A stretch of 63,787 bases of DNA, counting the filler, from Octopus bimaculoides (taxonomy: Eukaryota): the NCBI RefSeq assembly GCF_001194135.2. It is 8 parts of 8 records of this genome, joined end to end, with 100 filler letters (N's around TTAATTAATTAA, not from the genome) between each part and the next. Parts side by side here need not be neighbours in the genome. Positions count along the whole stretch, not along the records: positions 9,080 to 19,892 come from NC_068990.1; positions 19,993 to 33,700 come from NC_068981.1; 6 more parts are not named here. One strand, 5' to 3'. The position numbers and the translations under genes are program-made. Positions 14,577 through 27,819 of the stretch are shown here, piece by piece (the stretch's first letter is position 1; each line of letters starts with the position of its first letter). The notes under the pieces are model-generated. The model saw nothing but the letters and a program-made list of their open reading frames with translations, did no database searches and was not told the origin of the DNA.

Positions 14577-15152
14577 GCTGTTGTTAAAGTTCAAGAATTC
14601 AAAGGTGAAGTCGCTACTCTAGTCATTAACCTTTTTGAAATACCTAACACACACACAAACACACACACAAACACACACGTGCACAAGCACATATACATCA
14701 TATATGTTAACACACGCGTGCACTTGCATACACAGAAAGAGACACACACACACACACACAAACACACGCACACACACACATACACATGCACTCACACATA
14801 CTCACAGACAAACATAAATATTCTCACACACTCACACAAACATGGAAAAAAGACACTTTCATGCTCACATACAGATATACACAGATATACAGAGAAACAG
14901 ACACATACATACACATATACACACATATGCACAACACGCATACATGTACTCACCCGCGCACAAACACAGACATATACACTCACCAGACAGGGAGTCACAC
15001 AGACAGAGACTTATACACACTTAGAGAGATTCACATACACACATTCACATATACAGACACACGCAAATACACATCTATCTTTAATAGACTTCGTTATTCA
15101 CGAAATGATCTGTTATATTACACTCACACACATTCTCACGCACACACACACA

Positions 15153-15196
<44 letters not shown>

Positions 15197-15959
15197 TACA
15201 TACACGCACATGCAGACACACCTCTATCTTAATAAACCATCCTATTGATCACAATTATTCCAAAGTATATTTTCCTGAAGGGGTTTTATAATATCGAAAC
15301 ATATCCGTTGTTTTTACCGGTCGGTTTTAGAGACAAAAACTACTTCATCCTGCTTTGTCTTTATTGTCAAAAATATTGTAATCAATTGATCTTATTGGAG
15401 TTATCTCTCTTGGTTGTTGGTTAAAGTCTCCGATAGGAACTATAACTTACTGGGATAATTTCAGTCAGTCAAAGATTTTTCATCTCACTATGTTGCTATG
15501 AAACAAAATTTATATTTATATTCGTTTCAGATTTTTTACGGGAAGTGGGTAAGTCGATCGCATCGACCTCTGTGTTCAAGTGGTACTTATTTTATCGACC
15601 TCGAAAGGATGAAAGGCAAAATGGACCTCGGCAGAATTTGAACTCAGAACGTAAAGACGGACGAAATACCACTAAGAATTCTGCCCGCTTCAATAAAATG
15701 AAATACTGGCTTCAAATTTTGGCAGAAGGCTAGCAATTTTGGAGGAGGAGTTAGGCTGATTACACCGACCCTAGTGTTTAACTGGTACATACTTTATCGA
15801 ACCCGAAAGGATGAAAGGTACAGTCGACCTCGGCGGAATTTGAATTCAGAACATAAACAATTCTGCCACACAGAACACACGACAAGCCATTTATCCCTCT
15901 TCCATATCATTAATATACACTTTTTATAATAAATCGCCATTTGCCTCGCCTCATCCATC

Positions 15960-16090
15960 GCTTAAATGGTAGCCATCTTTGACTTGGCACGCCCGTGCTC
16001 TTTCTAAAACTTGCACCGTAACACCCTCAAGAGTTTCAGACCCTACTTCTCTGATTTCTCTCTTGATGGTCTCCTTCAGTTGCAGCAGGA
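15960..16090 (-). mobile_element. C-terminal remnant of a different Tc1/mariner transposase
   Basis: LLQLKETIKREIREVGSETLEGVTVQVLERARACQVKDGYHLSD resembles mariner C-termini (LK.AI..EI..I....L.......R...C....G.HL). Confidence 0.5.
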
Positions 16091-16961
16091 TCCATCACCA
16101 ACACCACCACATATCCGCAATCCACGCTTCAGCAATAATAAACCATCTTTTGCACTTTATGCAATACAAACTCTTGCGCACCTGTGTGCACGCACAAACG
16201 CTCATTGTCATATATTATATTACAGATATATATATATATATATATATATANNNNNNNNNNNNNNNNNNNNNTATATGTGTGTGTGTGAGAAAGTTGGTAT
16301 GTGAAAGCACGTGGTTGGATGTATAAAAGATAAACAAGAATGAAAAAACTACAGAAGGCTTGTGTTACATGGTTAAAGTATATATTTAAATCGTTATGTC
16401 AGAAAAATGTTTCGTGTTTTCTTTTCAAATTTCTCTACCTATATCGTAACATGTCTTCGCTCCAGTGTATATATATATATACACAGACACAGTCTGATGG
16501 GCTTCAATTTTTAATAACTTCCTTAACTTTACAAATAAATCCATGAAATTTTGATACAATATAAAGGACATAATGGAAATTAACATGCATACATCAAATT
16601 TTGCAACACCACTACATCACATGAAGTCAGAGAGAAACGCTTATCCTTACGTTGTTTCGTTTAAAAACCTTTGTGAATGAAACGTGCAAAAACGGCTGCT
16701 TCAAGCTCACGCTTATGATTTCGTATCTGGTTCTTGTGTAATATTGGTTTCAAATTTGGTAGATGGCCAGTATTTTCGGAGGACGGGGGCAAGTTGATTA
16801 CATCGCCCCTCAGTGTTGAACTGGTGCTTGTTTTATTGACTGCCGAAGGAATGAAAGGCAAATCGAATTTGAACTCAGAACGTGAAGCCGGACGAAATTC
16901 CGCTAAGCATTTCGCCGCCTTCGTTCTCGTGATGGTCTTATCATCAACTCAAGACACACAC

Positions 16962-17037
<76 letters not shown>

Positions 17038-18965
17038 GGGCACCTTAAAAGTAAATAGACACGCTTCATGCAGCTATCTTTCCTGTGTGGATACTTCCTG
17101 CTGCTTTGAACTTCATGATGTATTATGCACGGGCCATGTCTACAAAATGGCTTGATTAAGTATTTAGATCAGTGCCTCGCAATTGGTATGCTGCAGCCCA
17201 CTGGTGTGTCACGAGACGATGCTAGTTGTGCCACAGTCTAACCTGAATATAATTCTTTCTTCCTATACTTTTAGTTATATCTTTAGTTCAGGTGTGCCGC
17301 TGAATTTTGAAAATAATGTAAGTGTGGCGCAAGTGAAAATGCATCGAATTGACATTATTTTCGCTTCTTGAAATAGATTTTTTCAAAAATGCTAATGTCT
17401 ATTTACTAATGTCATATTACCCTTTGTCTTTTATTTGTTTCAGTGATGAGACTGTGGCTACACTGGAGCACAGCCTTGAAGAAATTTAGTCAAACGAATC
17501 GACCTCATTACTTGTTACCTTTCGTAAATCCTGTTACTTATTCTATGTGTCACTATTACCGAACCGCTAAGTTACGGGCAAGTAAACGCACCAATATCTG
17601 CTGTCAAGCGGTAGTGAGGCATGGTCATTGATGACCTCTTTCTAGCATATTGGATGCCCACCTAGTGGTCATCCCTTATACACGTGTAATACAATTTTTT
17701 CTGAATTTTCAGATTTTTTTATATGCTACGCCACTTGGGTTTAAATTGAATTAATATTCAATTTTTCACCCTATATATATATATATATATATATNNNNNN
17801 NNNNNNNNNNNNNNNNNNNNNNNNNNNNNNNNNNNNNNNNNNNNNNNNNNNNNNNNNNNNNNNNNNNNNNNNNNNNNNNNNNNNNNNNNNNNNNNNNNNN
17901 NNNNNNNNNNNNNNNNNNNNNNNNNNNNNNNNNNNNNNNNNNNNNNNNNNNNNNNNNNNNNNNNNNNNNNNNATATATATACGACGGGCTTATTTCAGTT
18001 TCAATCTGACAAATCCACTCACAAGGCTTTGGTCAGCCCGAGGCTACAGTAGAAGACACTTGCCCAAGGTTCCATGCAGTGGGACTGAACCTGGTGCCAT
18101 GTGGTTGGAAAGGAAACTTCGCACCACACAGTCACGCCTGCGCTTATAATATGTATTATATCATATAATATTTTATATTATATTGCATTATGTTATATTT
18201 ATTTTACATCATGTCATATTTTCAAGATGATTTGCCAGACAAATGATTTGATCTGAGACTGTGTTAAAACGAAAATAGTTAGAGAGTAGAAGACACATTT
18301 CAGCCATTCAAAAACACAAAGACTGTTAACTTCAATTAAACATTTACGAGACTGTGTCAAAAATTTCGGCGCACCAACTGCGACCTGGTCATTGACGAAG
18401 ATCGAGTGCATTTGTTTTGTGATATGTGTGTGTGTCTGTCTGTCTGCCTGTCTTCTGTCTGTCTGTGTCTATGTATATATTGCATATGATGTATTTGTGA
18501 AGGCCGTGACTAGAAGTACTTTGGAATATACTACCATTTGATCAAGGTTAACGGCTGAGCTTGGGCCAAGTAACAATAGCATGGTACTCACGAATGTAGG
18601 TTATGTACAATGAAGGCACTCATTTGCTCTACAGCACACATATAGATCTCATTAATTTCGTGTCGACTTTCCTAATCTCTATTAATCGGTTTATTGTGCT
18701 TCAACCTGGTTTTGCCGTAATCTGCTAAATTCCTACACATACACATATATCAACCCATGAATACTCTCTCTCTCTCTCTCTCCTTCTCTCTCCCTCTCTC
18801 TCTCTTTCTCTCTCTCCCTCTCTCTTTAGTTTTCTTTATTATACACACACGTTCGCACGTAGCCACGTAAACACATGAGCACGTGCATATGTATATATAT
18901 ATAGATAGATGTCTAAGATATCGCGATATGGGAATGTGTGAGTCTGTGTTGTAGATATATAAATA

Positions 18966-19047
<82 letters not shown>

Positions 19048-19048
19048 C

Positions 19049-19089
<41 letters not shown>

Positions 19090-19090
19090 C

Positions 19091-19153
<63 letters not shown>

Positions 19154-19239
19154 CATGTATGTATGTATGTATGTATGTATGTATGTATGTATGTATATAT
19201 GCATGTATGTATGTGTGTATGTGTATGTATATGTATATA

Positions 19240-19855
19240 CAGGGTGCGGTGAATATATATATTGTCGTCTAAATTATGCAAAAATGAAAATAACACTGAC
19301 ATCTCATTTTATCAGATATACTTGCCAAAATTACATTAAAAATATCTTGAAATGCTAAAGAATAAACCTTATCCAATAGAATCGCCATTGGCTTCAACCA
19401 CGGCATCCACCCATCCATAAGAAATTCAGGCACTCGCATGTCCCTGGGGATGGACCTGATTGACATGGAGGGATCGTTGTCAATCATGACCTGGACTTCA
19501 CCAACAAATTCAGTTCTTTTCTTATCAGAACAATCAGAATGACTTTTCCGAGCTGCTGTACCTTCGTAATCACGATTTGACTCATCCAATTGTTTCCGAA
19601 TTCTCTGCACTGTCCTCAGACTGACATACAAACACTCTGAAATATTCGTATTGGGGCTTCTGGCGCGACTGCCAAGCAGTACAGCATGTCGTTTCCATAT
19701 CTTTGGCAGGGTGAATTTTGTCATGATGCTGTTTTTCTCACAGATGGTGTCCAACTGACCCTGCAATACTGTCTAGTCGACAAAATCAAAGAGAAACAAT
19801 GTGCATGCACGAAATAAAAAATATAAAATGGCGACAATTTAACCATCGCACCCTG
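19240..19855 (-). mobile_element. Internally deleted Tc1/mariner (DD37D/maT-type) element with both TIRs and TA target duplication, 616 bp
   Basis: TA|CAGGGTGCGGTGAAT..ATTGTCG at 19240 and CGACAATTTAACCATCGCACCCTG|TA ending 19855. The internal minus ORF encodes the N-terminal HTH region (KRHAVLLG..SLRTVQRIRKQL..IDNDPSMSIRSI) joined directly to the C-terminal end. Confidence 0.85.
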
Positions 19856-20120
19856 TATATGTATGTATCTATTTATCTATCTAGCTATATATNNNNNNNN
19901 NNNNNNNNNNNNNNNNNNNNNNNNNNNNNNNNNNNNTTAATTAATTAANNNNNNNNNNNNNNNNNNNNNNNNNNNNNNNNNNNNNNNNNNNNTGGGTAGT
20001 CACAAATTGTTGTAGAGATAAAAATACAAAACTTTCGAAGAGGGTTAAAGAAAGAATAGCCGGAGACTTGAGCGTGTATGCATACAGACAGAGTAACACA
20101 TTTATCTATAAGACAGATAG

Positions 20121-20155
<35 letters not shown>

Positions 20156-20541
20156 TAATAAATCTCAGGGTAGCAAAAAAATTTAGAAATTCTTTTGCTA
20201 CCAGTGGTCTAGCGAGAAGAAAAAAACTAGTCAATAGACTATATATTATTCATATAAATATCTTTCATTCCCTTTCGAAATTATCCCTAATTGTGGTTTG
20301 GAGTTAGACTGCTTTTTCTATTTTCATTCTCCTTGATTCTGCTTAATCCTTTAATGGCGTTCATTCTGTAGCATGTATTCATCTCTCTTCTCCAAAACTC
20401 GAAAGATCATAGGCGTTGCCCTTCCCTCCTTCATTATGTAGTTTAAAAAAAGAAAAGCAGTTCTTTCTACTATAAACACAAGGCCTGAAATTTGAGGGAA
20501 GGGGACTAGTCGGTTACATCGATCCCAATACTCAACTACTG

Positions 20542-20960
20542 TAGGCGCAGGAGTGGCTGTGTGGTAAGTAGTTTGCTTACCAACCACATGGTTCTGGGTT
20601 CATTCCCACTGCGTGACACCTTGGGCAAGTGTCTTCTACTATAGCCTCGGGCCGACCAAAGCTTTGTGAGTGGATTTTGGTAGACGGAAAACTGAAAGAA
20701 GCCCGTCGTATATATGTATATATATATATGTGTGTGTGTATTTGTTTGTGTGTCTGTGTTTGCCCCCCCACCAACATCGCTTGACAACCGATGCTGGTGT
20801 GTTTACGTCCCCGTAACTTAGCGGTTCGGCAAAAGAGACCAATAGAAAAAGTACTAAGATTCCAAAGAATAAGTCCTGGAGTCGATTTGCTCGACTAAAA
20901 AGACGGTGCTCCAGCATGGCCACAGTCAAATGACTGAAACAAGTAAAAGAGTAAAGAGTA
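20542..20960 (+). mobile_element. SINE family A, full copy inserted in a family B SINE
   Basis: Same consensus as 11473-11870; the flanks are the two halves of a minus-strand family B copy. Confidence 0.85.
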
Positions 20961-22408
20961 CTCCCTATTTTATAGACCTCGAAAGGATGAAATACAAAAC
21001 TGACGTCGACTGTATTTGAACACGGAACGTAAAGACGGAAGAAATACTGTTAGGCATTTTTTGTCCGGTTTGCTAATGATTCTGCCAGCTCACCACCTTC
21101 TAAATCATTATTTTTAATGGATGCACAGAGCCTGAAATTATGTGGGAGGGGGGAAAGCCGATTACATCGAACCCATTGCTCAACTGGTACTTATTTTATC
21201 GACCCCGAAATGATTAACTTGTACTCAGAATGAGAAGACGGAAGCTAACATTTTGTAAGGCGTACTAATGATTCTGCCAGCTCCCTGCCTTTTATACAGA
21301 TAAGTAATTACCAAGTGATAATAGCAGAATACCGACGGAGAGTTTCCGGATATTTTGCACCCATTTATCTTTTAAAAGAAATCTTTCATGTAGCAATATG
21401 GCTCTAGATGAAAGTCATCCAAATTCACATAAAACCAAATTATCAGAGAATTAATTCTCCGACAAAAGGCCGCGTCCTGTCCAAAAGATTAAGGACATTT
21501 TCCGCCCAATTTTTCAATTTTGTTAGCATGTTTTTGAACTGGAATAACTAGCCAACAGAGCAGGGTGGTACTTAAAACCAACAACAGGAACAACTAAAGC
21601 AACAACAACAACAACAACAACTAAAGCAACAGCTCCTGAAGCTTAAAAATCTGACGAGTCAATGAGGAAAACTTCCTCTATGTAATCGTTTTTATAATTT
21701 ATTACTACGAATGAATTACGGCTTAATTGCTCTTGCACGCACGCACACACACACGCACACACACACACACACACACACGCACGCACAGACACGCACATTA
21801 ACACTTGCGTTTGTGCATGCACACATACACAAGCACACACAGACATGCACGTACCCTTACATACACACAAACCTTTGTTTAATATCACAGCCATCACGAA
21901 ACTTCACACTGACCAAAAATGAAGACCCAGTACCATAAATCGGCCTCCTAGAAACAGCAGCTAATGAGGGTGGGGCACTCTATAGTCGTCTGACCTGCAA
22001 ACAATCATTTGTAACTCAGTCACAACGTCACAGGTTCGTGGGGAGAAGACTCTCCCCACGATTATATCAAACCTCCGTGTTTGAGCGGTATTTACTTTAT
22101 CAGCTCCGGATAGATAAAAGTCAATGGTAACCACGGCTTGATTTAAACTGAGAACGTAAATAAGAGTTACTGGATCTATTTCAAAACGGGGGCACCAGTT
22201 TTCATTTATGTTTTATGTAGTGTTTTTGGTACCGAAAGACTTTCAAACTTCGTATACTTATCTATTTTGTGTTATAGAACAGAAAAAAATTTTTGTATTC
22301 GAATTTATTTCATGTAAAAAATTGTCTTATTTCGATAATTTCTACTAATCACTGACGTCTATTCAGTTGAAAACAGTTAGCGCTGTAACGGTGTATATCG
22401 TATTAATC

Positions 22409-22462
22409 CCCTAACCCTAACTAGACTGTTAACCCTAACCCTAACCCTAAAACTAACCCTAA
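22409..22462 (+). repeat. Interstitial (CCCTAA)n/(TTAGGG)n telomere-like repeats
   Basis: Six perfect CCCTAA units (22409, 22415, 22433, 22439, 22445, 22457) with degenerate units between. Confidence 0.8.
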
Positions 22463-24249
22463 CTCTAGAATCCGAACTCTAAAATTGTTACACACATGGA
22501 TACGCACAGCGTNNNNNNNNNNNNNNNNNNNNNNNNNNNNNNNNNNNNNNNNNNNNNNNNNNNNNNNNNNNNNNNNNNNNNNNNNNNNNNNNNNNNNNNN
22601 NNNNNNNNNNNNNNNNNNNNNNNNNNNNNNNNNNNNNNNNNNNNNNNNNNNNNNNNNNNNNNNNNNNNNNNNNNNNNNNNNNNNNNNNNNNNNNNNNNNN
22701 NNNNNNNNNNNNNNNNNNNNNNNNNNNNNNNNNNNNNNNNNNNNNNNNNNNNNNNNNNNNNNNNNNNNNNNNNNNNNNNNNNNNNNNNNNNNNNNNNNNN
22801 NNNNNNNNNNNNNNNNNNNNNNNNNNNNNNNNNNNNNNNNNNNNNNNNNNNNNNNNNNNNNNNNNNNNNNNNNNNNNNNNNNNNNNNNNNNNNNNNNNNN
22901 NNNNNNNNNNNNNNNNNNNNNNNNNNNNNNNNNNNNNNNNNNNNNNNNNNNNNNNNNNNNNNNNNNNNNNNNNNNNNNNNNNNNNNNNNNNNNNNNNNNN
23001 NNNNNNNNNNNNNNNNNNNNNNNNNNNNNNNNNNNNNNNNTATATTTGTATGTATGTGTGTGTGTGTGTCCCTAACTTCGCTTGACAACCGATACTGGTG
23101 TGTTTACGTCCCCGTAACTTAGCGGTTCGGCAAAAAGAGACCGATAGAATAAGTACTAGGCTTACAAAGAATAAGTCCTGGGGTCGATTTGCTCGACTAA
23201 AAAGACGGTGCCCCAGCATGGCCGCAGTCAAATGACTGAAATAAGTAAAAGAGTAAAGAGTATACTCTTAACGATTCTATCGTTTCACCACTCTTAATCT
23301 GCTGATAATAGCAGCCAAATCTCACCCTACCGTCTTAAGTAATGAAAATATTGGATAATAGATACAGACGTGACTGTGTGGTAAAAAATTTGCTTCAGAA
23401 TTTCGTTGTTTCTGGCTTCAGTCCCACTTGGGCCACTGTCTTCTGCTCCTACATCGGGTTGATCACAGCTTTGTGAGTGGACCTGGTTGATGGAAGCTGA
23501 AAGGCGGATATATATATATATATATAATCCAAGAGAGTTAGGGGTTGAGGATCCAACCCACTAAGGGATAATATATATCCAATATACTGCTGGGAGGGTA
23601 CCCAATTATTGTTACAGTAATATTATACGAAGTGTAATAAGTGGATGCGGGTAAAAGGGTTTTTTTTTTTTTTACGCTAAATCTATATAGAAATAAGAAA
23701 ATGGAGGGGAATATGAAGTACTCATCAACTTGCAGACACTGTATTCCGTTGGTTAATCTGTTTATCTTATNNNNNNNNNNNNNNNNNNNNNNNNNNNNNN
23801 NNNNNNNNNNNNNNNNNNNNNNNNNNNNNNNNNNNNNNNNNNNNNNNNNNNNNNNNNNNNNNNNNNNNNNNNNNNNNNNNNNNNNNNNNNNNNNNNNNNN
23901 NNNNNNNNNNNNNNNNNNNNNNNNNNNNNNNNNNNNNNNNNNNNNNNNNNNNNNNNNNNNNNNNNNNNNNNNNNNNNNNNNNNNNNNNNNNNNNNNNNNN
24001 NNNNNNNNNNNNNNNNNNNNNNNNNNNNNNNNNNNNNNNNNNNNNNNNNNNNNNNNNNNNNNNNNNNNNNNNNNNNNNNNNNNNNNNNNNNNNNNNNNNN
24101 NNNNNNNNNNNNNNNNNNNNNNNNNNNNNNNNNNNNNNNNNNNNNNNNNNNNNNNNNNNNNNNNNNNNNNNNNNNNNNNNNNNNNNNNNNNNNNNNNNNN
24201 NNNNNNNNNNNNNNNNNNNNNNNNNNNNNGGGGAATTTTTTCTTGTGTG

Positions 24250-25700
24250 CCTGCATGTGTGGTTATTGCTTTCTTTGTTTGGGGAGGGAAACCAGGGGCT
24301 GGGGCTTTTTTCTTTTAAGTGTCACTACAGTATAGTCCATTTCTTCTGGTTGGTTTCCCTGAGCGCTATCCTGTGTTTTATTTTCTTCTTTGCCTTTTCT
24401 GCTTTTTTTCCACCTCTTCTTTGTTGGTCTCGTTCCTTTTTTTCTTTTGGGGGGAAGGGACAATTTTCTTTTTCTCGGCCTTTCCCATATTTCCCATATT
24501 TCCCCCCTCCTCCTTGCTAGTTTCACTACTTTTTTTTTCTTTTTGAGGAATGACGTCTGCCTTTTTTGTTTTATTTTTCTTACTTTTTCATAGTTTGATC
24601 TTAAATTACCTTTTCCCCCCACACTTGAAACATCTCAGTCTTCTTCCTTCTACCGAGACTCGGGCACTAAATCCCTCCCGTATGAAAATTCTGTCTGGCC
24701 TCGATTCTAATATTTCGTCTGGGGCCTGTACCAAAATCTCCAACGTTTGGCCTTTCTAGTTTATGGCCTCTCTCCTTGTCATCTGTAATATTGTAATCTC
24801 ATCCTCTGTGTCATAGATGACCGCCGCGGCCATCCACGACCCCTCATACTCAGCTGGTATCTCTTTAATAATGATTTTCGCTGTCCTACTTCCTAAATAT
24901 GTAGGAAGGAGCATTATTTCCTCGTTCTTCAAGGTCTGTGTTGAAACTTGTTTCGCCGCTGCGGCATTTTTAAAGTGCGCCTCTACTGTAGCGCTTCGAA
25001 CTCCTCTTCCTATATGTATAATTTTATCCCATATGGGCGCCAGGCATTTCTCAACAGTTTCGTTTTTGGTGGGCGTGATTTTTTTTTCCTTTCTACTGTA
25101 GACTTTATAGACTACCATATTTGCTGACAAATTCTGTACTATCTCCTGTGGCGGTACGAGTTTAGTATCATTTCCATTTCTTTTTATTAGGTTTCGAAAA
25201 CTGAACAATTGTTCTCTCGAAAAATTAATTTCCGTGAAGTTGCCTCCGACGGCTGCTGAGAAACTTGGTTTTTCACTAACATTTTCTTTTTCAGTATCTC
25301 TTTTCATTGCAGGGAAGTCTTCATTTGACTTTAAGTCAAACTCCATATTTTGAAACAGGTTAATTGTCTTACAGACAAACACGTAGAGAAATTTTTTTTT
25401 TTTTTGTCACAAATGACAAAAATGAAAAAAAAAAATATTTCAGCGGGCAAAGCTCACAAAAATTAACAATTCTTCGCCCAGTAGAGCGAAAACACCGACT
25501 AAACGATGACAAAAGTTCAATCCACACATGAATCCACAAAGCAAAAACAGTATAACAAGCAACAAAAAAACCACCAACAAAATGAAAAACTCACAATAGC
25601 AAAAAATCCAGCAGCAGATGTACCTAAGAGAGATAACTCTGAACGAACTAAATAAAGCTTATAGCTCTATATATAATTCAGTCAACAAGTTGACTGATTG
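24250..25700 (-). mobile_element. 5' part of an L1/Tx1-like LINE: T-rich 5' UTR plus ORF1 (gag-like) with degenerate CCHC knuckle; truncated by a gap
   Basis: Open frame from ATG 25346 (MEFDLKSNEDFPAM..SFSAAV). A single TAG at 24758 (likely from TGG) is followed in frame by KGQTLEILVQ..VEGRRLRCFKCG, then a 1-nt frameshift to KGNLRSNY, i.e. a decayed CX2CX4HX4C, then a Lys/Glu-rich tail. Confidence 0.7.
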
Positions 25701-25800
25701 CGCTAGTAGATCGCCCGGTCGAGGTAAATAATATGTATATATATAAAATTTAATTTTGGCATGTATGTATATTATATATATATGTATGTATTTTTAAGGA

Positions 25801-26120
25801 GTATTCCGTCAGTTACGACGACGAGGGTCCCAGCTGATACGATCAACGGAACAACTTGCTCGTGAAACTAACGTGCAAATGACTGAGCAATCCACAGACA
25901 CGTGTACCCTAACGTAGTTCTCGGGGAGATTCAGTGTGACACAGAGTGTGACAAGGTCAGCGCTTTGAAATACAGGTACTACTCATTTTTGCCAGCTGAG
26001 TGGACTGGAGCAACGTGAAATAAAGTGTCTTGCTCAAGGACAAAACGCGTCGCCAAGAATTGAACTCACGACCTTACGATCGTGAGTCGAATGCCCTAAC
26101 CACTAAGCCACGCACCTTCA
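25801..26120 (-). mobile_element. SINE family C (tRNA head, V-like core TCCTTGAGCAAGACAC)
   Basis: Minus strand GAAGGTGCGTGGCTTAGTGGTTAGGGCATTCG..GAGTTCAATTC; second copy at 38935-39244. Confidence 0.8.
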
Positions 26121-27819
26121 CTATGCATGTATTTATGTATGTATTATGTATGTATGTGTACAGCTATGTGTGTGTCTTTATGTTTGTACTTCTCCCCATC
26201 ACCGTTTGACAACCGACGTTGGCTGGTTTACATCTCCGTTATTAGTGGTTCGGCAAAAAGAGACTGATAGAGTAAGTACCAGGTTTTAAGAAATAAGTAC
26301 TAGTGTCGATTTGTTCGACTAACCCCTTCAAGGCAATGTGACAGTATGGCCACAGTCTAATGACTGCAGCAAGTAAAAGATAAAAGATAAAAATGTAATA
26401 TTATATAGCCATAAAAAATGGCTGGAATGTCTTGACCTGAGATAAACAAGAACACCAAAAGTAGTAGCAACAACTACAACAACAACAACAATCAAAAGTA
26501 AAAATACATCACTACTCATGAGTTGTTATCAATGTTACATCTTGTTTGTGTTCTGTCCTACTTAAACTACGTGGCGTATAAATAATATTGCATCATTCTA
26601 CCAAGAAGATCGGAAGAGGTTTATTTTTCTATTGGTAATTTAAGTATTTTTGGCATTAAAAAAGTGAATATATTCAATTAATTTTGTTTACCCTATGTAT
26701 TTCCTTTAATTTCTTGCATTGAAATTTTGTGTTATCCTTGTAACAGAAAGGACTTCATTAAAGTTAAAAGATACCAGTACATCAGCTGGTGGTGTTAAAC
26801 TCGTTGATACACTAAGATACCAATGACCCATTGAATGAACCACTACAGTGCTGCTTGACCTGCTAATAATAGTATTCAAATGTGATGGGGGGGCGTGCGT
26901 TTGTGCGTGCATTATACACATACTTGCACAAACCTGCACGATCAACAGACACACACATTTACGCACGTACATACATATATATANNNNNNNNNNNNNNNNN
27001 NNNNNNNNNNNNNNNNNNNNNNNNNNNNNNNNNNNNTATATATATATATATATGGGAGAATTTACGAAAAAAACAACAACAGACGAGGACAGGTGGTGTA
27101 AACAACAAAAGGATGTATTAGTTTAACGCTCGGGAATAGAGAAAGTCTTTAACGTTTCGTATGCAAATGTGTGAGCGCATATGTATGTATTATCTATCTA
27201 TATGTCTATCTCTCTGTCTATCTATCTATCAATCTATCTATATATGTATGTGTGAGCGTGTGTATCAATAAATGTATATTTATGAATAGACAGACAGAAA
27301 GACAGACAGGTAGACAGACAGACAGATAGACAGACAGACAGACAGACAGAGGTGTATAAACACGTGTTCCTTCAGAACGCGAATAGATGTCCATAGGACA
27401 ACAGATACCTGCTTACGGGATATACATACATGCCTGCTGGATACATACATATACATACCTGGCACGGAACAACTAACTCATTCACAGAGTATGAAGATTT
27501 CCGGAAAAATCTATATTCAAGAATCAGGAAGGAGAGATGATGGGAGGACAGGAGGGTCCCTTCCCACTCCTATTTCCTAAAAACAACAACAAACTACTCC
27601 TGCCCTCCATTCTAATATATTCAGCTGGTAAAAATATTCCTCCCACCTACTCTTGGATCCAGAATGATTTAATTGGGTTATACAATACTTTTTCAGATCC
27701 TCAGCCCTTGCTAGGGTTTTTGGGGGGCTTTTTTTTCTTTCTTTTTTTTTTACTACTCTTCACATCCTGTGGGTCACTCCCTTCCTCATTTCATTTCTCT
27801 GATGACGTTTCACATTTAT

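Noticed and set aside
17169-17345. Possible hAT-type MITE (CAGTG.. start, GTGTGCCGC motifs)
   Set aside because: No matching right TIR or 8-bp TSD found.
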